A stretch of DNA of 64,000 nt from Microcoleus sp. (GTDB taxonomy: Bacteria > Cyanobacteriota > Cyanobacteriia > Cyanobacteriales > Microcoleaceae): assembly GCA_052279835.1 (NCBI GenBank), contig CP181291.1, positions 5,952,001 through 6,016,000 of the forward strand, given 5' to 3'. Below, one piece after another: positions 10,032 to 20,026 of this stretch. A program made the position numbers and the translations under genes. Numbering within the stretch: the first letter of the stretch is position 1; the number at the start of each line of letters is the position of its first letter. The notes below the pieces were generated by a model, which saw only the letters and a program-made list of their open reading frames with translations, had not been told where the DNA came from and did not search any database.

Positions 10032-10655
10032 ATGATTAGCTATCTCAAAGGCACTGTCGCCGACATCACCAAAGGCAGTAACCGCCTCATCCTGACTCTC
10101 GAAGTCAATCAAATTGGCTATGAAATCCAAATTTTGCCCCGCGTGACTGGTCAATTACCTCCCTCCGGGGAAATTGCCCAAATCTTTACTCATCAACAAG
10201 TTAAAGAAGACCAAATCGTGTTATACGGTTTTGGTAGTGCCACCGAACGAGATTTATTTCGACTGTTAACCAGTGTGAGTGGGGTGGGTGCTCAACTGGC
10301 GATCGCACTTTTAGATACCCTAGGATTGCCAGATTTAGTCCAAGCCATCGTCGGCGGCAATACCCGCATCCTCGCCAAAACCCCAGGCGTCGGCACCAAA
10401 ACTGCAGAACGTTTAGCCCTGGAACTTAAAAGTAAACTTTCGGAATGGCGACAACAGGAAGGTTTGACCACCTCAGTCGCTGCCGGAGTACCTGCGGCTA
10501 TTCAAGAAGAAGTGGAAATGGTGTTGCTGGCGATGGGTTACACCGCGGCCGAAGTCTTGCAAGCGCTGCAAACCCTGAGTCAGGATAGTAATTTAGCAAA
10601 AAAAAGTAATGCCGATGATTGGATCAAAGAGGCCATTACTTATTTGAGCCGATAA
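10032..10655 (+). CDS. ruvA: Holliday junction branch migration protein RuvA
   Basis: MISYLKG, LYGF, HhH motifs VSGVG and TPGVGTKTAERLALELK. Confidence 0.97.
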   Translation: MISYLKGTVADITKGSNRLILTLEVNQIGYEIQILPRVTGQLPPSGEIAQIFTHQQVKEDQIVLYGFGSATERDLFRLLTSVSGVGAQLAIALLDTLGLPDLVQAIVGGNTRILAKTPGVGTKTAERLALELKSKLSEWRQQEGLTTSVAAGVPAAIQEEVEMVLLAMGYTAAEVLQALQTLSQDSNLAKKSNADDWIKEAITYLSR

Positions 10656-10661
10656 ATCTCA

Positions 10662-10728
10662 AGAAACCGGGTTTTTCATCAGTATTTAAGACTGGACGTG
10701 CAGTATTTTCGGAAAAAACCCGGTTTCT
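10662..10728. repeat. REP/MITE-like inverted repeat (AGAAACCGGGTTTTT...AAAAACCCGGTTTCT)
   Basis: Perfect 15-bp inverted termini; related copy at 40491-40557. Confidence 0.75.
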
Positions 10729-10836
10729 GCCTCGATGGCTAATCTCGCAAGTGCGATCGCAAATTTGATCGTTTGTGGTTCCCCTGTGATATAATCAGGG
10801 ATTGTGAGATAGTACAAAAAAACCTAAAATCAATTC

Positions 10837-11106
10837 ATGGCTCTTACACAACAACGCAAGCAAGAAATCATGGGCGACTACCAAACCCATGAAACCGATA
10901 CCGGATCGCCAGATGTTCAAGTCGCAATGCTGACCGATCGCATCAGCAAACTCAGCGCCCACCTCAAAATCAACCAAAAAGACTTCGCTTCTCGCCGTGG
11001 TTTGATGATGATGATCGGCCGCCGCAAGCGCCTGCTGGCTTACCTGCAAAAGGAAAATGTCGAGCGCTACAAAGCATTGATTGCCCGTCTAGGCATCCGC
11101 GGCTAA
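10837..11106 (+). CDS. rpsO: 30S ribosomal protein S15
   Basis: DTGSPDVQVAMLT, SRRGL, RLGIRG. Confidence 0.98.
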   Translation: MALTQQRKQEIMGDYQTHETDTGSPDVQVAMLTDRISKLSAHLKINQKDFASRRGLMMMIGRRKRLLAYLQKENVERYKALIARLGIRG

Positions 11107-11352
11107 ACACCAAAGCCCAAATTTGCGACAATATTCATTAGTCATCTCAATAAAAATCAGTTAAGGGCTGGTGAAATGCCTACCCCACAAGAGTTTTGGG
11201 AGATGCCTATTGAATAAATGTCCGAATAAATGTCTAAAATGCCCCGTGGAAAATATAGAAACCACCAAGACGGTTAGGACGTTCTGAATCGCTGAAACTA
11301 TTACTATACATAGTTAGATTTCTCTTGTTCCTGATTCCTTCTGCTATAAAAT

Positions 11353-11829
11353 ATGTCCTCCGAACCACCCCGCCAGCGCCTCCCCTTTGAACCGGCAAAA
11401 AATCGTAAAAAAACCCCTAAAAAACCCGCCCAAGCGCAACAAACAAACGCAGCATTAGAACTAAATCCTGCCGATAAGCAGCCCAAAGCCAGCCAAACGA
11501 AAAAACAGGACCCATCTATCCCAGAAGTGGTCAGCAAGCGCATGATATCCCGCATAGCGGTATTTTGTGGCGTACCGACACTGTTGGGAATTTCGACATT
11601 TTTTGTCAGCTATTTGATAGTCAGCAAAGGCTTGTTTGATTTACCAAACACAGCAGTATTGTTAGTAAGTATGGGTTGTTTTGGTTTGGGTGTACTAGGA
11701 TTGAGTTACGGAGTCCTGTCGGCTTCCTGGGATGAAGAAATTTCAGGAAGCATTATGGGGTGGGAAGAATTTAAGACCAATTTTGGACGGATGCGAGAAG
11801 GATGGCGATCGGCTAAATCAAAAAATTAG
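11353..11829 (+). CDS. pam68: PAM68 family photosystem II assembly protein
   Basis: LPFEP, IPEVVSKRM, LSYGVLSASWDE, GWEEFKTN; downstream of rpsO as is usual in cyanobacteria. Confidence 0.9.
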   Translation: MSSEPPRQRLPFEPAKNRKKTPKKPAQAQQTNAALELNPADKQPKASQTKKQDPSIPEVVSKRMISRIAVFCGVPTLLGISTFFVSYLIVSKGLFDLPNTAVLLVSMGCFGLGVLGLSYGVLSASWDEEISGSIMGWEEFKTNFGRMREGWRSAKSKN

Positions 11830-11918
11830 TTATTAGTCATTAGTCATTAGTCAGTAGTCATTAGTCAGTAGTTAACAGTTAACAGTTAACAGTCAACCAG
11901 TTAACAGCCAACAGTCAA
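11826..11918. repeat. Heptamer STRR tract (TTAGTCA / GTTAACA)
   Basis: ttagtcattagtcattagtcagtag...gttaacagttaacagttaacag. Confidence 0.8.
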
Positions 11919-11965
11919 TCCGTGTCATAATCCGTGTTTAGCCCAAGAGAGAAGGCCAAAGAAAT

Positions 11966-13024
11966 ATGATTATTGTAATGAAAGCCGGTACTCCAGAAGC
12001 CGAGATCGATCGCCTAGACGAAGAACTCCGCACTAACTGGGGTTTGTCCCCAGAAAAAATAGTGGGACGCTACAAAGTTGTCATCGGTTTAGTAGGTGAC
12101 ACCGCTGAGCTCGAACCGATGCAGCTTCGGGAAATGAGCACCTCGATTGAGGAAGTATTGCGAGTGGAAAAACCCTACAAGCGGGCTTGCTTGGAGTATC
12201 GCCAAGGAGAACCAAGCGCCGTTGAAGTGGCTACTCCCCTAGGAACTGTGACGATCGGCTTGAATCACCCGATCGCGATCGTAGCAGGCCCTTGTTCCGT
12301 CGAAAACGAAGAAATGATTGTCGAAACCGCAATGCGGGTTAAAGCTGCGGGCGCTCATTTTCTGCGTGGTGGAGCTTACAAACCCAGAACTTCTCCCTAT
12401 GCTTTCCAAGGACACGGCGAGAGTGCTTTGGGGCTGTTAGCCGCGGCGCGGGAAGCTAGCGGTTTGGGAATTATTACCGAAGTTATGGATGCAGCGGACT
12501 TAAGTGCGATCGTGGAAGTAGCCGATGTAGTTCAAGTCGGGGCCAGAAATATGCAGAATTTCTCCCTATTGAAAAAAGTCGGAGCACAAGACAAACCAGT
12601 TTTGTTGAAGCGTGGGATTTCTGCAACTATTGAAGAATGGTTGATGGCTGCTGAGTATATCATGGCAGCGGGCAATCCCAACGTGATTTTGTGCGAGCGC
12701 GGCATTCGCGGCTATGACCGGCAATATACGCGAAATACGCTAGATTTGTCTGCGGTTCCTGTGTTGCGAACTCTGACTCACTTACCAATTATGGTTGACC
12801 CTAGTCATGGCACCGGTTGGGCCCAGTTTGTTCCTTCCATGGCCTTTGCTTCCATCGCCTCTGGTACTGATTCCCTGATGATTGAAGTGCACCCGAATCC
12901 CAAAAAAGCCTTGTCTGATGGGCCACAATCTTTGACACCGGATCAGTTCGACAAGTTGATGGAAGAATTGGCGGTAATTGGTAAAGTCATGAAACGTTGG
13001 CCGCAAGTACCTGCTTTAGTGTAG
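11966..13024 (+). CDS. aroF: 3-deoxy-7-phosphoheptulonate (DAHP) synthase, class I-beta
   Basis: AGPCSVE, GGAYKPRTSPY, GARNMQNF, DPSHGTG, EVHPNP...SDG. Confidence 0.95.
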   Translation: MIIVMKAGTPEAEIDRLDEELRTNWGLSPEKIVGRYKVVIGLVGDTAELEPMQLREMSTSIEEVLRVEKPYKRACLEYRQGEPSAVEVATPLGTVTIGLNHPIAIVAGPCSVENEEMIVETAMRVKAAGAHFLRGGAYKPRTSPYAFQGHGESALGLLAAAREASGLGIITEVMDAADLSAIVEVADVVQVGARNMQNFSLLKKVGAQDKPVLLKRGISATIEEWLMAAEYIMAAGNPNVILCERGIRGYDRQYTRNTLDLSAVPVLRTLTHLPIMVDPSHGTGWAQFVPSMAFASIASGTDSLMIEVHPNPKKALSDGPQSLTPDQFDKLMEELAVIGKVMKRWPQVPALV

Positions 13025-13053
13025 GTTATTGGGTTAATAAGGGCGATCAGTTA

Positions 13054-13100
13054 AAAATCTAAAAACCCGGTTTCGTAGAGCGATCGGGTTTTTAGATTTT
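13054..13100. terminator. Long hairpin downstream of aroF
   Basis: aaaatctaaaaacccg ... cgggtttttagatttt, 16-bp perfect inverted repeat. Confidence 0.65.
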
Positions 13101-13323
13101 GGAGTCAGGAATGTAGAGTTTTTAGTGCCATCCCAAACCGACAATCAACCCACAGAAACGGTTCGATCGCAATCTGGCGGTAACTCAGGGCGATACAATC
13201 GATTTTGCCGTGGGCTTCGGGAGGAACCAGAATTACTACCATGATACTACTGGACTCGCGGTGGCGATCGCGCTGACAATGCCTTAACAAACCGTCTCCA
13301 ACGTTTATAATCATAGGAACTAA

Positions 13324-14082
13324 GTGTCTCTGGCGGTTCCTCCGGTGATTTCCAAGCCTCTCTTGCAAAATTTGCCCAGCACTGCCGACCTGCCCTGTTC
13401 GGACGATACGCCCGTGGATAACGAAGACCAGAACCTGCTACCCAATTTGCTGCTGCTGTCATTGATTTACCTCTGGTCAGCGCGGATGGATTGGTACTTC
13501 GGCGTAGATATGGCGGTGTATCATACCACTGGGGTGAGTCCAAAAGTGCCCGTTGTTCCCGATGGTTTCCTGAGTTTGGGGGTAGAGCGCAAGAAGGGAG
13601 GAAAATCCCGGCGCAGCTATGCTACTTGGGAAGAAAACGAGGTGGTACCGATTTTTGTGTTGGAGATGGTGTCTCACCGTCCGGGAGGCGAATATGACGA
13701 AAAACTGGATCTCTACGCTCAGTTAGGCGTGCTTTATTACCTAATTTATAACCCGGAATTTTGGCAGCGCGATCGGCATCAACCGTTTGAATTGTACAAA
13801 CTCGAAAATGGCGTTTATCAACTACAAATTGGCGAACCTTACTGGATGCCGGAAGTGGGTTTGGGAATAGGGCGCTATCGGGGTTTGGTAGGTGGCTTGT
13901 CCCAGGAGATTTTAACCTGGTACGACGCAGCGGGCGATCGCGAACTAAGTCCTGAAGAGCGGGAAAGACAACGCACAGAGCAAGAGCGACAGGCGAAGGA
14001 GCAAGCGCAGCAACGTGTAGAACAATTAGAGGAAATGCTGCGATCGCAAGGTATCGATCCCGATCGATTATTGGATACATAG
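13324..14082 (+). CDS. Uma2 family (DUF820) endonuclease-like protein
   Basis: LPCSDDTPVDNE, VPDGFLSLGV, LEMVS, YAQLGVLYY, C-terminal coiled coil. Confidence 0.9.
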   Translation: MSLAVPPVISKPLLQNLPSTADLPCSDDTPVDNEDQNLLPNLLLLSLIYLWSARMDWYFGVDMAVYHTTGVSPKVPVVPDGFLSLGVERKKGGKSRRSYATWEENEVVPIFVLEMVSHRPGGEYDEKLDLYAQLGVLYYLIYNPEFWQRDRHQPFELYKLENGVYQLQIGEPYWMPEVGLGIGRYRGLVGGLSQEILTWYDAAGDRELSPEERERQRTEQERQAKEQAQQRVEQLEEMLRSQGIDPDRLLDT

Positions 14083-14282
14083 GATGGTAGCTCTTGTAGA
14101 GAGGGGTGAAAACTCCAATGTGCGAGAAATGGGGTAATAAATCGAGTTTTCAGTCTGGAATTCGAGCAACAATCGATCTGTGGTTATCGCACCTGATCCC
14201 AAGCAACATTTAGACAGAATTGCACCAGCTTATCGCTGCGATCGATCTCGGCTCTGTAATGTTCCTACTCAGAAACCAAGTG

Positions 14283-14371
14283 AGATAACCTTCCCAATCA
14301 CCCGCCGCAGATATCCTCGAACCTCCATGAGATAACCTTCCGACGCTCGGTGTCCATTGGGGCTGTTATGT
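14283..14371 (-). other. Integron attC-like imperfect palindrome
   Basis: Minus strand ACATAAC-agc-CCCAAT-gga-CACC ... GGTG-ATTGGG-aag-GTTATCT, just downstream of the 14425 ORF stop. Confidence 0.55.
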
Positions 14372-14424
14372 GGCGATCCCTGCGATCAATGCTGTTTATC
14401 ACCTTTTCTATTTCCTGGACGGCT

Positions 14425-15942
14425 TTATTCAGGAACGCCAAGACGCTGATAAAGCTCTTCCTGCTTATCATACAAAAAAGAATCAGCAAAACTTCTGTTA
14501 GTTTGAGATATTAAATTTTCATGAACATCATTGAATGATTTATTTCGTAATTCATCTAAAACCTGAGCCAAGTTAAAACCAGCAGCAATATGAGGTTGTA
14601 GAGCTTCTAGCTCATCAATCGAAAGTATTTGCCAGTCAAGTCCAGTTACTCCTTCGGTTTCTAATAGGGCATTAATATGTTCTCGAAAGAACTCGCTATT
14701 AATCAGAAATAGTGGTTCCATTGAAACAAGAATTGGCTTAAATGTATTACAGTGGTGAAACTTCTGAAGCTCAGGAACTTTAGCCTGACAAGCAGATATG
14801 AAACTAGCAAGTTGCTTCAAACCTTTCTTTACTTGCGCTAGACTACTATTGACAGCATCTTCATTGGCTATTGCTTGTGCAGCTCTAGAAAAACGAGTTG
14901 CTTTACATTCAAATAAGAGAACTGTTGAGCCATCAATTATAATCCAATCTGGAGCTTTCCCTTTTTTAGCCGGATAGAAGTTTCGGATGTCTGACTCTGA
15001 TAATAACTGCTCCGACAACAAACATTTTTCCAATACAAGACCGAAATATCGCTCAAAAACAAAGCCGAAATATTCAGAAAATTCGGTGCCATATGTATTG
15101 TACATTTGATAAAAAATTCCAGTTGAAATTCTTGAAGCGACTAACTCAGGTACAGGTGCATGAATAAAATCCTTGCCCGGAGTAGAAAATTGCTTATTTT
15201 GGCAAGGTCTGATAATTGGATAGGAAAACAGAGGATTAAAATCATACATCCTGAAACGCTGATCTTGATTTTTTCGCTTCTCATATAGTTCAACCAATTT
15301 CGACTTATCTGCTGCCAGTTGATTAAGAACCGCTCTAAGAGATTGGTCGCTTACATTAATTCCCTGTTTTCGCATCTTTTTGAAGTAATCTTGACTGACG
15401 GTAAAATTCCCACGACATACAGAAAAGATTACAAAACCTATGGTTATAAAATCGATAACAGAAACACCAGTTATCGCCTGAAATTTGCTGTCAAAATCAA
15501 ATTCAGCAATACCACGAAGGTTTTTTAATTGTTGGGGAATTTCATGGAATAATAGTGCTGGGCGGGAGAATTCACTAAAAAGACCAGGTTTAAAAGGGAA
15601 TTGACTGCTGACAACTCTTAACAGCATAAAAACTGGATTTTCATAAATAAATTTATCATGCAAATCCTTGTCAAAAGTTATAGGATCAGCCAAGTATTAG
15701 TCATTAGAAATATTGACTAGGTTACGAAGATCGTATTTTTTTATTGATTAAGATATTTTACTGGGAGGACAAAATCTAATCACAAATAAAGCCACCCCTC
15801 CAATCATAAAAGGTTGCAATTCAGGATGGCTTTTTTTAAGTATATACAGTGAATGCAGAACATCTCCAAGTTTGAGATTTCCCAAAACAGATTCTATTTG
15901 TGATTCTCGATTTTTTAGTTCAGCTAGAGAGTTAATATTCAT
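14425..15942 (-). pseudogene. AT-rich gene with C-terminal PD-(D/E)XK nuclease-like motif, interrupted by two in-frame TAA codons
   Basis: ORFs 15748..15942 and 14425..15693 share a frame, with stops at 15750-15748 and 15699-15697; motif APDWIIIDGSTVLLFECKA. Confidence 0.65.
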
Positions 15943-16338
15943 AATTTACTTTCCTAATAAACATTTGGATCGAATATCCACCAAGTCACTTAGCGGTTTC
16001 CTCCACCTCAATTTTATTGGTGGCTTCTGCCTCATCGAGTCGATCGTATGTTTTTTCGGGTTGGTTATATTTTGCATTTTAACGCATTGTTTTTCAAACA
16101 TCCAATTAATTTTTTTCGCAAGGCTTTCAATAAATGTCAGCGGTTCAGAACGCCACAGCACTTAAAGCCTGCGGGGTTCTAGGCTTTACCAATCATTCAA
16201 GACTACGATCGCAACTTCACTCTTACTCTCAATACATCTCAAATCAGAAAATATTATTGCCAAGGAAACAACTCTATGGTATAATAGGAGATTGTGAATA
16301 TTAATCAAAAGTAAAGTAACCAGCCGGGAGAAATTAAA

Positions 16339-16476
16339 ATGACACAGCAAACTCTGCACGGAACCAGCCGTAAAAGAAAAAGAACCTCCGGTTTTCGCGC
16401 CAGAATGCGAACCGCAACTGGTCGATTGGTAATCAAGGCCCGTCGCAGCAAAGGTCGTCACCGCCTCGCAGTCTAG
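16339..16476 (+). CDS. rpmH: 50S ribosomal protein L34 (absent from the ORF track)
   Basis: [45 protein letters not shown]; directly upstream of rnpA. Confidence 0.97.
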   Translation: MTQQTLHGTSRKRKRTSGFRARMRTATGRLVIKARRSKGRHRLAV

Positions 16477-16516
16477 CACTGCACTAAGGTTCACAGACCC
16501 GATCGCGCCCGTAGCC

Positions 16517-16903
16517 ATGTTGCCCGAAGCAAACCGACTCAAGCACCGAAAAGACTTCAGCGCCGTTTACCGCAAAGGAATGCGCCGCAATTCCGCTCAT
16601 CTGAGCTTAAGAGCTCTGCGGAAACCAAAAAGCGCCCTCAAGGCCCAACCGACAGCGGAAAAATCCTTCCAGCCCACTCGCACAGGCATTTCTATCAGCC
16701 TCAAAGTGAGCAAACGCGCTGTAGTCCGCAACCGGATTAAGCGCCAGATTCGCGCTGCTTTGCGACAATTATTGCCCCGATTAAAATTCGGTTGGGATTT
16801 AGTAATTGTGGTTCGCCCGATCGCACAAGAGTGCAATTATGCAGAAATTCTGCAAGAATTAGAGCAGTTGTTGGTAGAAGTCGAGGTACTAGATGGGAAT
16901 TAG
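16517..16903 (+). CDS. rnpA: Ribonuclease P protein component
   Basis: NRLK..DF, GISISLKVSKRAVVRNRIKR motif. Confidence 0.97.
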   Translation: MLPEANRLKHRKDFSAVYRKGMRRNSAHLSLRALRKPKSALKAQPTAEKSFQPTRTGISISLKVSKRAVVRNRIKRQIRAALRQLLPRLKFGWDLVIVVRPIAQECNYAEILQELEQLLVEVEVLDGN

Positions 16904-17285
16904 AGAGGAAGTATATTATGAAGGCGGCCCCGCGCCCGGTGACTTGATCGTTAACTTACTCCTGGCGCTGACTGTAGTGGGAATACCCCTAGCAGTCGGA
17001 GCAATTGTCCGAGCTCTATGGCTGCGGTATCGGATCACCAACCGTCGGGTGTCAGTCACTAGCGGTTGGATGGGTGGCGATCGCACAGATGTGATCTACT
17101 CAGATATAGTCAAGATTGTGACTGTACCACGAGGTTTTGGGACCTATGGAGACATGGTGCTGACTCTGAAAAATGGCAGTCGTTTGGAACTAAGATCCAT
17201 GCCGAAATTCCGCTCGGTATATGACTACATTAACGAAAAACTGCCCCCCGCCGCTCAAAAAACCAACGCCGCTCAAACTAAATAG
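16893..17285 (+). CDS. Bacterial PH-domain membrane protein
   Basis: EEVYYEGGP, YRITNRRVSV; conserved position between rnpA and yidC in cyanobacteria. Confidence 0.85.
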   Translation: MGIREEVYYEGGPAPGDLIVNLLLALTVVGIPLAVGAIVRALWLRYRITNRRVSVTSGWMGGDRTDVIYSDIVKIVTVPRGFGTYGDMVLTLKNGSRLELRSMPKFRSVYDYINEKLPPAAQKTNAAQTK

Positions 17286-17484
17286 CAGCTTTAGCCACTC
17301 TCAAAAAAAGGTTAAGTTAGTGCCAGGATTGGCAAACCCATTATCAAAAAAACCGCTAACGGGCGATCGATCGATAGCCAATGTCCTAAGATAGACAAAA
17401 GTCTAAAAGTTGAGTGGCCCGTATCCAGCGGTACCCAATATTTCTCAACAGTAAACATAGAGCACCTAAATTAACTCAAAGCGA

Positions 17485-18633
17485 ATGGATTTTGGTATCT
17501 CATTTCTCTCCAGCAACCTCATGCTGCCGATCCTAGATTTTTTCTACGGGATCGTGCCAAGCTATGGTTTAGCGATCGTAGCCCTGACGCTCGTGATTCG
17601 CTTTGCTCTTTATCCTCTCAATGCAGGCTCTCTTCGCAATATGCGGCGCATGAAAGTAGCGCAGCCGTTGATGAAAGAGCGAGTAGATCAAATTCAAAAA
17701 CTCTATAAAGACAATCCTGCTAAACAGCAGGAGGAAATGAGCAAAGTATACAAAGAATTTGGTAATCCTCTAGCAGGATGTTTCCCCTTATTGATCCAAA
17801 TGCCAGTGCTGTTTGCGCTGTTTGCCACACTCAGGGGTTCGCCGTTTTCTGACATAAATTACAGCGTAAACATCCAAGTCTTGCCAAAAGAACAAATGGA
17901 AGTTGTTCAACCGCAAGCCTTTGCGACACCACCGCAAAATATTTACGTGACAGGTACTTTTCACGCTCCCATTATTGGCGTAATTCCAGGCGGCGACAAA
18001 CTCGCAGTCGGCGACAAAACCAAAATTGAATTTCAAACCCCAGAGGGTAAACCTCTCAGCGCTGTAGCGACAGAAAACAAGAGCGAAACAGACTTTGTAC
18101 CCCGGTGGACAATCACCAAAGGCGAAGAACTGGCAAAGATAGACGAACAGGGCAACATCGTAGCCATAGCGCCCGGTGATGTCACAGTTCAAGGCACAAT
18201 CCCCGGATTGGCCACTAACAAAGGATTCCTGTTTATCGAAGCTCTAGGCCGCGTTGGTGCGATCGACCCTGATGGTACAATCCACTGGGATATTTTGGTC
18301 ATGATCCTCGGCTTTGGTATCAGCTTGTATATCAACCAAACCCTTTCGGGACAAGCCCAAGGACCAAACGACAACCCTCAACAGGCTACAGTTAACAAAC
18401 TCACACCTGTGATATTTTCGGGGATGTTTTTGTTCTTCCCGCTGCCTGCCGGCGTGTTGATGTATATGCTGATTGCTAACATTTTCCAGACAGTTCAATC
18501 GTTCATTTTGTCGCGAGAACCACTGCCGGAAAACCTACAAAAAATAGTGGATGAAGCAGAGGCGAAAACCAAAAAAGAACAGGGATTAGATGCGATTCCC
18601 TTTGAGCCTAAGCGTCCCAAGAAAAAAGCTTGA
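17485..18633 (+). CDS. yidC: Membrane protein insertase YidC
   Basis: [35 protein letters not shown]. Confidence 0.97.
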   Translation: MDFGISFLSSNLMLPILDFFYGIVPSYGLAIVALTLVIRFALYPLNAGSLRNMRRMKVAQPLMKERVDQIQKLYKDNPAKQQEEMSKVYKEFGNPLAGCFPLLIQMPVLFALFATLRGSPFSDINYSVNIQVLPKEQMEVVQPQAFATPPQNIYVTGTFHAPIIGVIPGGDKLAVGDKTKIEFQTPEGKPLSAVATENKSETDFVPRWTITKGEELAKIDEQGNIVAIAPGDVTVQGTIPGLATNKGFLFIEALGRVGAIDPDGTIHWDILVMILGFGISLYINQTLSGQAQGPNDNPQQATVNKLTPVIFSGMFLFFPLPAGVLMYMLIANIFQTVQSFILSREPLPENLQKIVDEAEAKTKKEQGLDAIPFEPKRPKKKA

Positions 18634-19115
18634 TGTTAACAATGAAAGACTCTCAAATGCAGCGCGGACAGCAATGGTTAGAAGAATTTCTAAAACTGTC
18701 CGCCATTCCATCAAAAGTGGTATGTGAACAACAAGCAGATTGCTATTGGATGACCATAGATGAAAGCAATCTGACTCCCGAACAAATTGCAATTTTGGTA
18801 GGACCAAACGGTGATGTACTAGATGCTATTCAGTACCTCTGCAACACGGTTGTAAATATAGCTCACGAAGCAGAAGATCCAATTGCTTATACAGTGGAAC
18901 TCAATGGCTATCGAATTCGTCGCCAAGAGGAACTGCGATCGATGGCAGAATACGCAGCACAGCAAGCCCGGATGACTGGAGTAGAAGTAGAACTGAAATC
19001 GCTCTCTTCGGCTGAACGCCGTCAAGTACACAGCTTTTTGAGTGAATCTGAGGATATAGAAACTTACAGTCAAGGACAAGAACCCGATCGGCGTTTGGTA
19101 GTGCGTCTGCGCTGA
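18630..19115 (+). CDS. jag: Jag/KhpB-like RNA-binding protein (KH + R3H)
   Basis: [17 protein letters not shown] (R3H), EPDRRLVV. Confidence 0.88.
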   Translation: MMLTMKDSQMQRGQQWLEEFLKLSAIPSKVVCEQQADCYWMTIDESNLTPEQIAILVGPNGDVLDAIQYLCNTVVNIAHEAEDPIAYTVELNGYRIRRQEELRSMAEYAAQQARMTGVEVELKSLSSAERRQVHSFLSESEDIETYSQGQEPDRRLVVRLR

Positions 19116-19139
19116 GGGTAAGAAGAAGGAAGAAGTTAC

Positions 19140-19220
19140 CCCCCCAAGGGCAGGGCTGTTTCATTCTGGTGACAAATCATCGTTTTGTAGGGGTAGTGGA
19201 TGGTGCGTGCCTACCCTCCC
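19140..19220. repeat. Dispersed REP/MITE-like element; inverted relative at 43811-43868
   Basis: gggcagggctgtttcattc...tgtaggggt...cgtgcctaccct matches the reverse complement of agggcgggcacg...cccctaca...gaatgaaacagcc. Confidence 0.55.
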
Positions 19221-19296
19221 CGTCCTTTTCTATAATTCTTCAATATTCAATCTAAAATCTAAAATCTAAAATAGGCTGAGGTTCAGAAGGCTGAGG

Positions 19297-19815
19297 ATGA
19301 TGGAGACAATTTATATCCCTCGTCTACTCTCAAAATCAGAGCAGACAGAGGTAATTGAGTTTGATGAATTTATTCCCGATTTAGCATCTCTAACTCCTGT
19401 GCGAGGAAGATTGCAAGTGACTCACCAAGGAACTTATCTGGAGGTGAAGGCGAAAGCAGAAACCATTGTTACTCTCACTTGTCATAGATGTTTGAAACAG
19501 TACAATCACAGATTGGTGTTGAAATCATCGGAATTAATTTGGCTGGATAAAGATGCCGATCGCCCAGATACAAATCCGATAGAAATGAAAGTGGAGTTTG
19601 AAGATTTGGTGGAAACTTTGTCGCCAACGGGTTCTTTTTCTCCGAGTGCTTGGCTGTACGAGCAACTGTGTCTGGCAGAACCCCACAAACAAATATGTGA
19701 TGCTAAATGCGTGGGAATCGTTGTCAATGATGATGCCAATACAGAAAGTTCAGAAACTACTATATCTGATAGTCGTTGGGCATCTCTGGCGGCACTGAAA
19801 CGAAAATTGCCTTAG
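19297..19815 (+). CDS. YceD/DUF177 family protein
   Basis: LTCHRCL, LYEQLCLAEP..C...C, DSRWASLAALK. Confidence 0.9.
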   Translation: MMETIYIPRLLSKSEQTEVIEFDEFIPDLASLTPVRGRLQVTHQGTYLEVKAKAETIVTLTCHRCLKQYNHRLVLKSSELIWLDKDADRPDTNPIEMKVEFEDLVETLSPTGSFSPSAWLYEQLCLAEPHKQICDAKCVGIVVNDDANTESSETTISDSRWASLAALKRKLP

Positions 19816-19847
19816 ATAAGAGCAGCAGCATAAGAGCAGCAGCAGTC

Positions 19848-19894
19848 GGCGGTTGAAACCGCGTCTACATAAACAAAGTCCGCCTCCGCGGACT
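19848..19894. repeat. REP-like double hairpin element
   Basis: gcggttgaaaccgc and agtccgcctccgcggact palindromes; preceded by a 14-bp tandem duplication ataagagcagcagc. Confidence 0.65.
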
Positions 19895-19941
19895 AAGAAA
19901 GAAGAGCGATATTTCAGCATTAAAACAAATAAGAAATAAAA

Positions 19942-20026
19942 AATAACAAATAACAAATAACAAACAACCAATAACAAACAACCAATAACAAATAACAAAT
20001 AACAAATAACAAACAACCAATAACAA
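19942..20026. repeat. Heptamer STRR tract (AATAACA/AACAACC)n
   Basis: About 12 heptamer units directly before the ycf46 ATG. Confidence 0.9.

Noticed and set aside
15946..16165. Short ORFs on both strands, or a second attC site
   Set aside because: No motifs; the partial inverted repeat (ccaccaa/ttggtgg) lacks convincing attC boxes.
16186..16542. 118-aa minus-strand ORF
   Set aside because: Antisense shadow of rpmH and the rnpA start.
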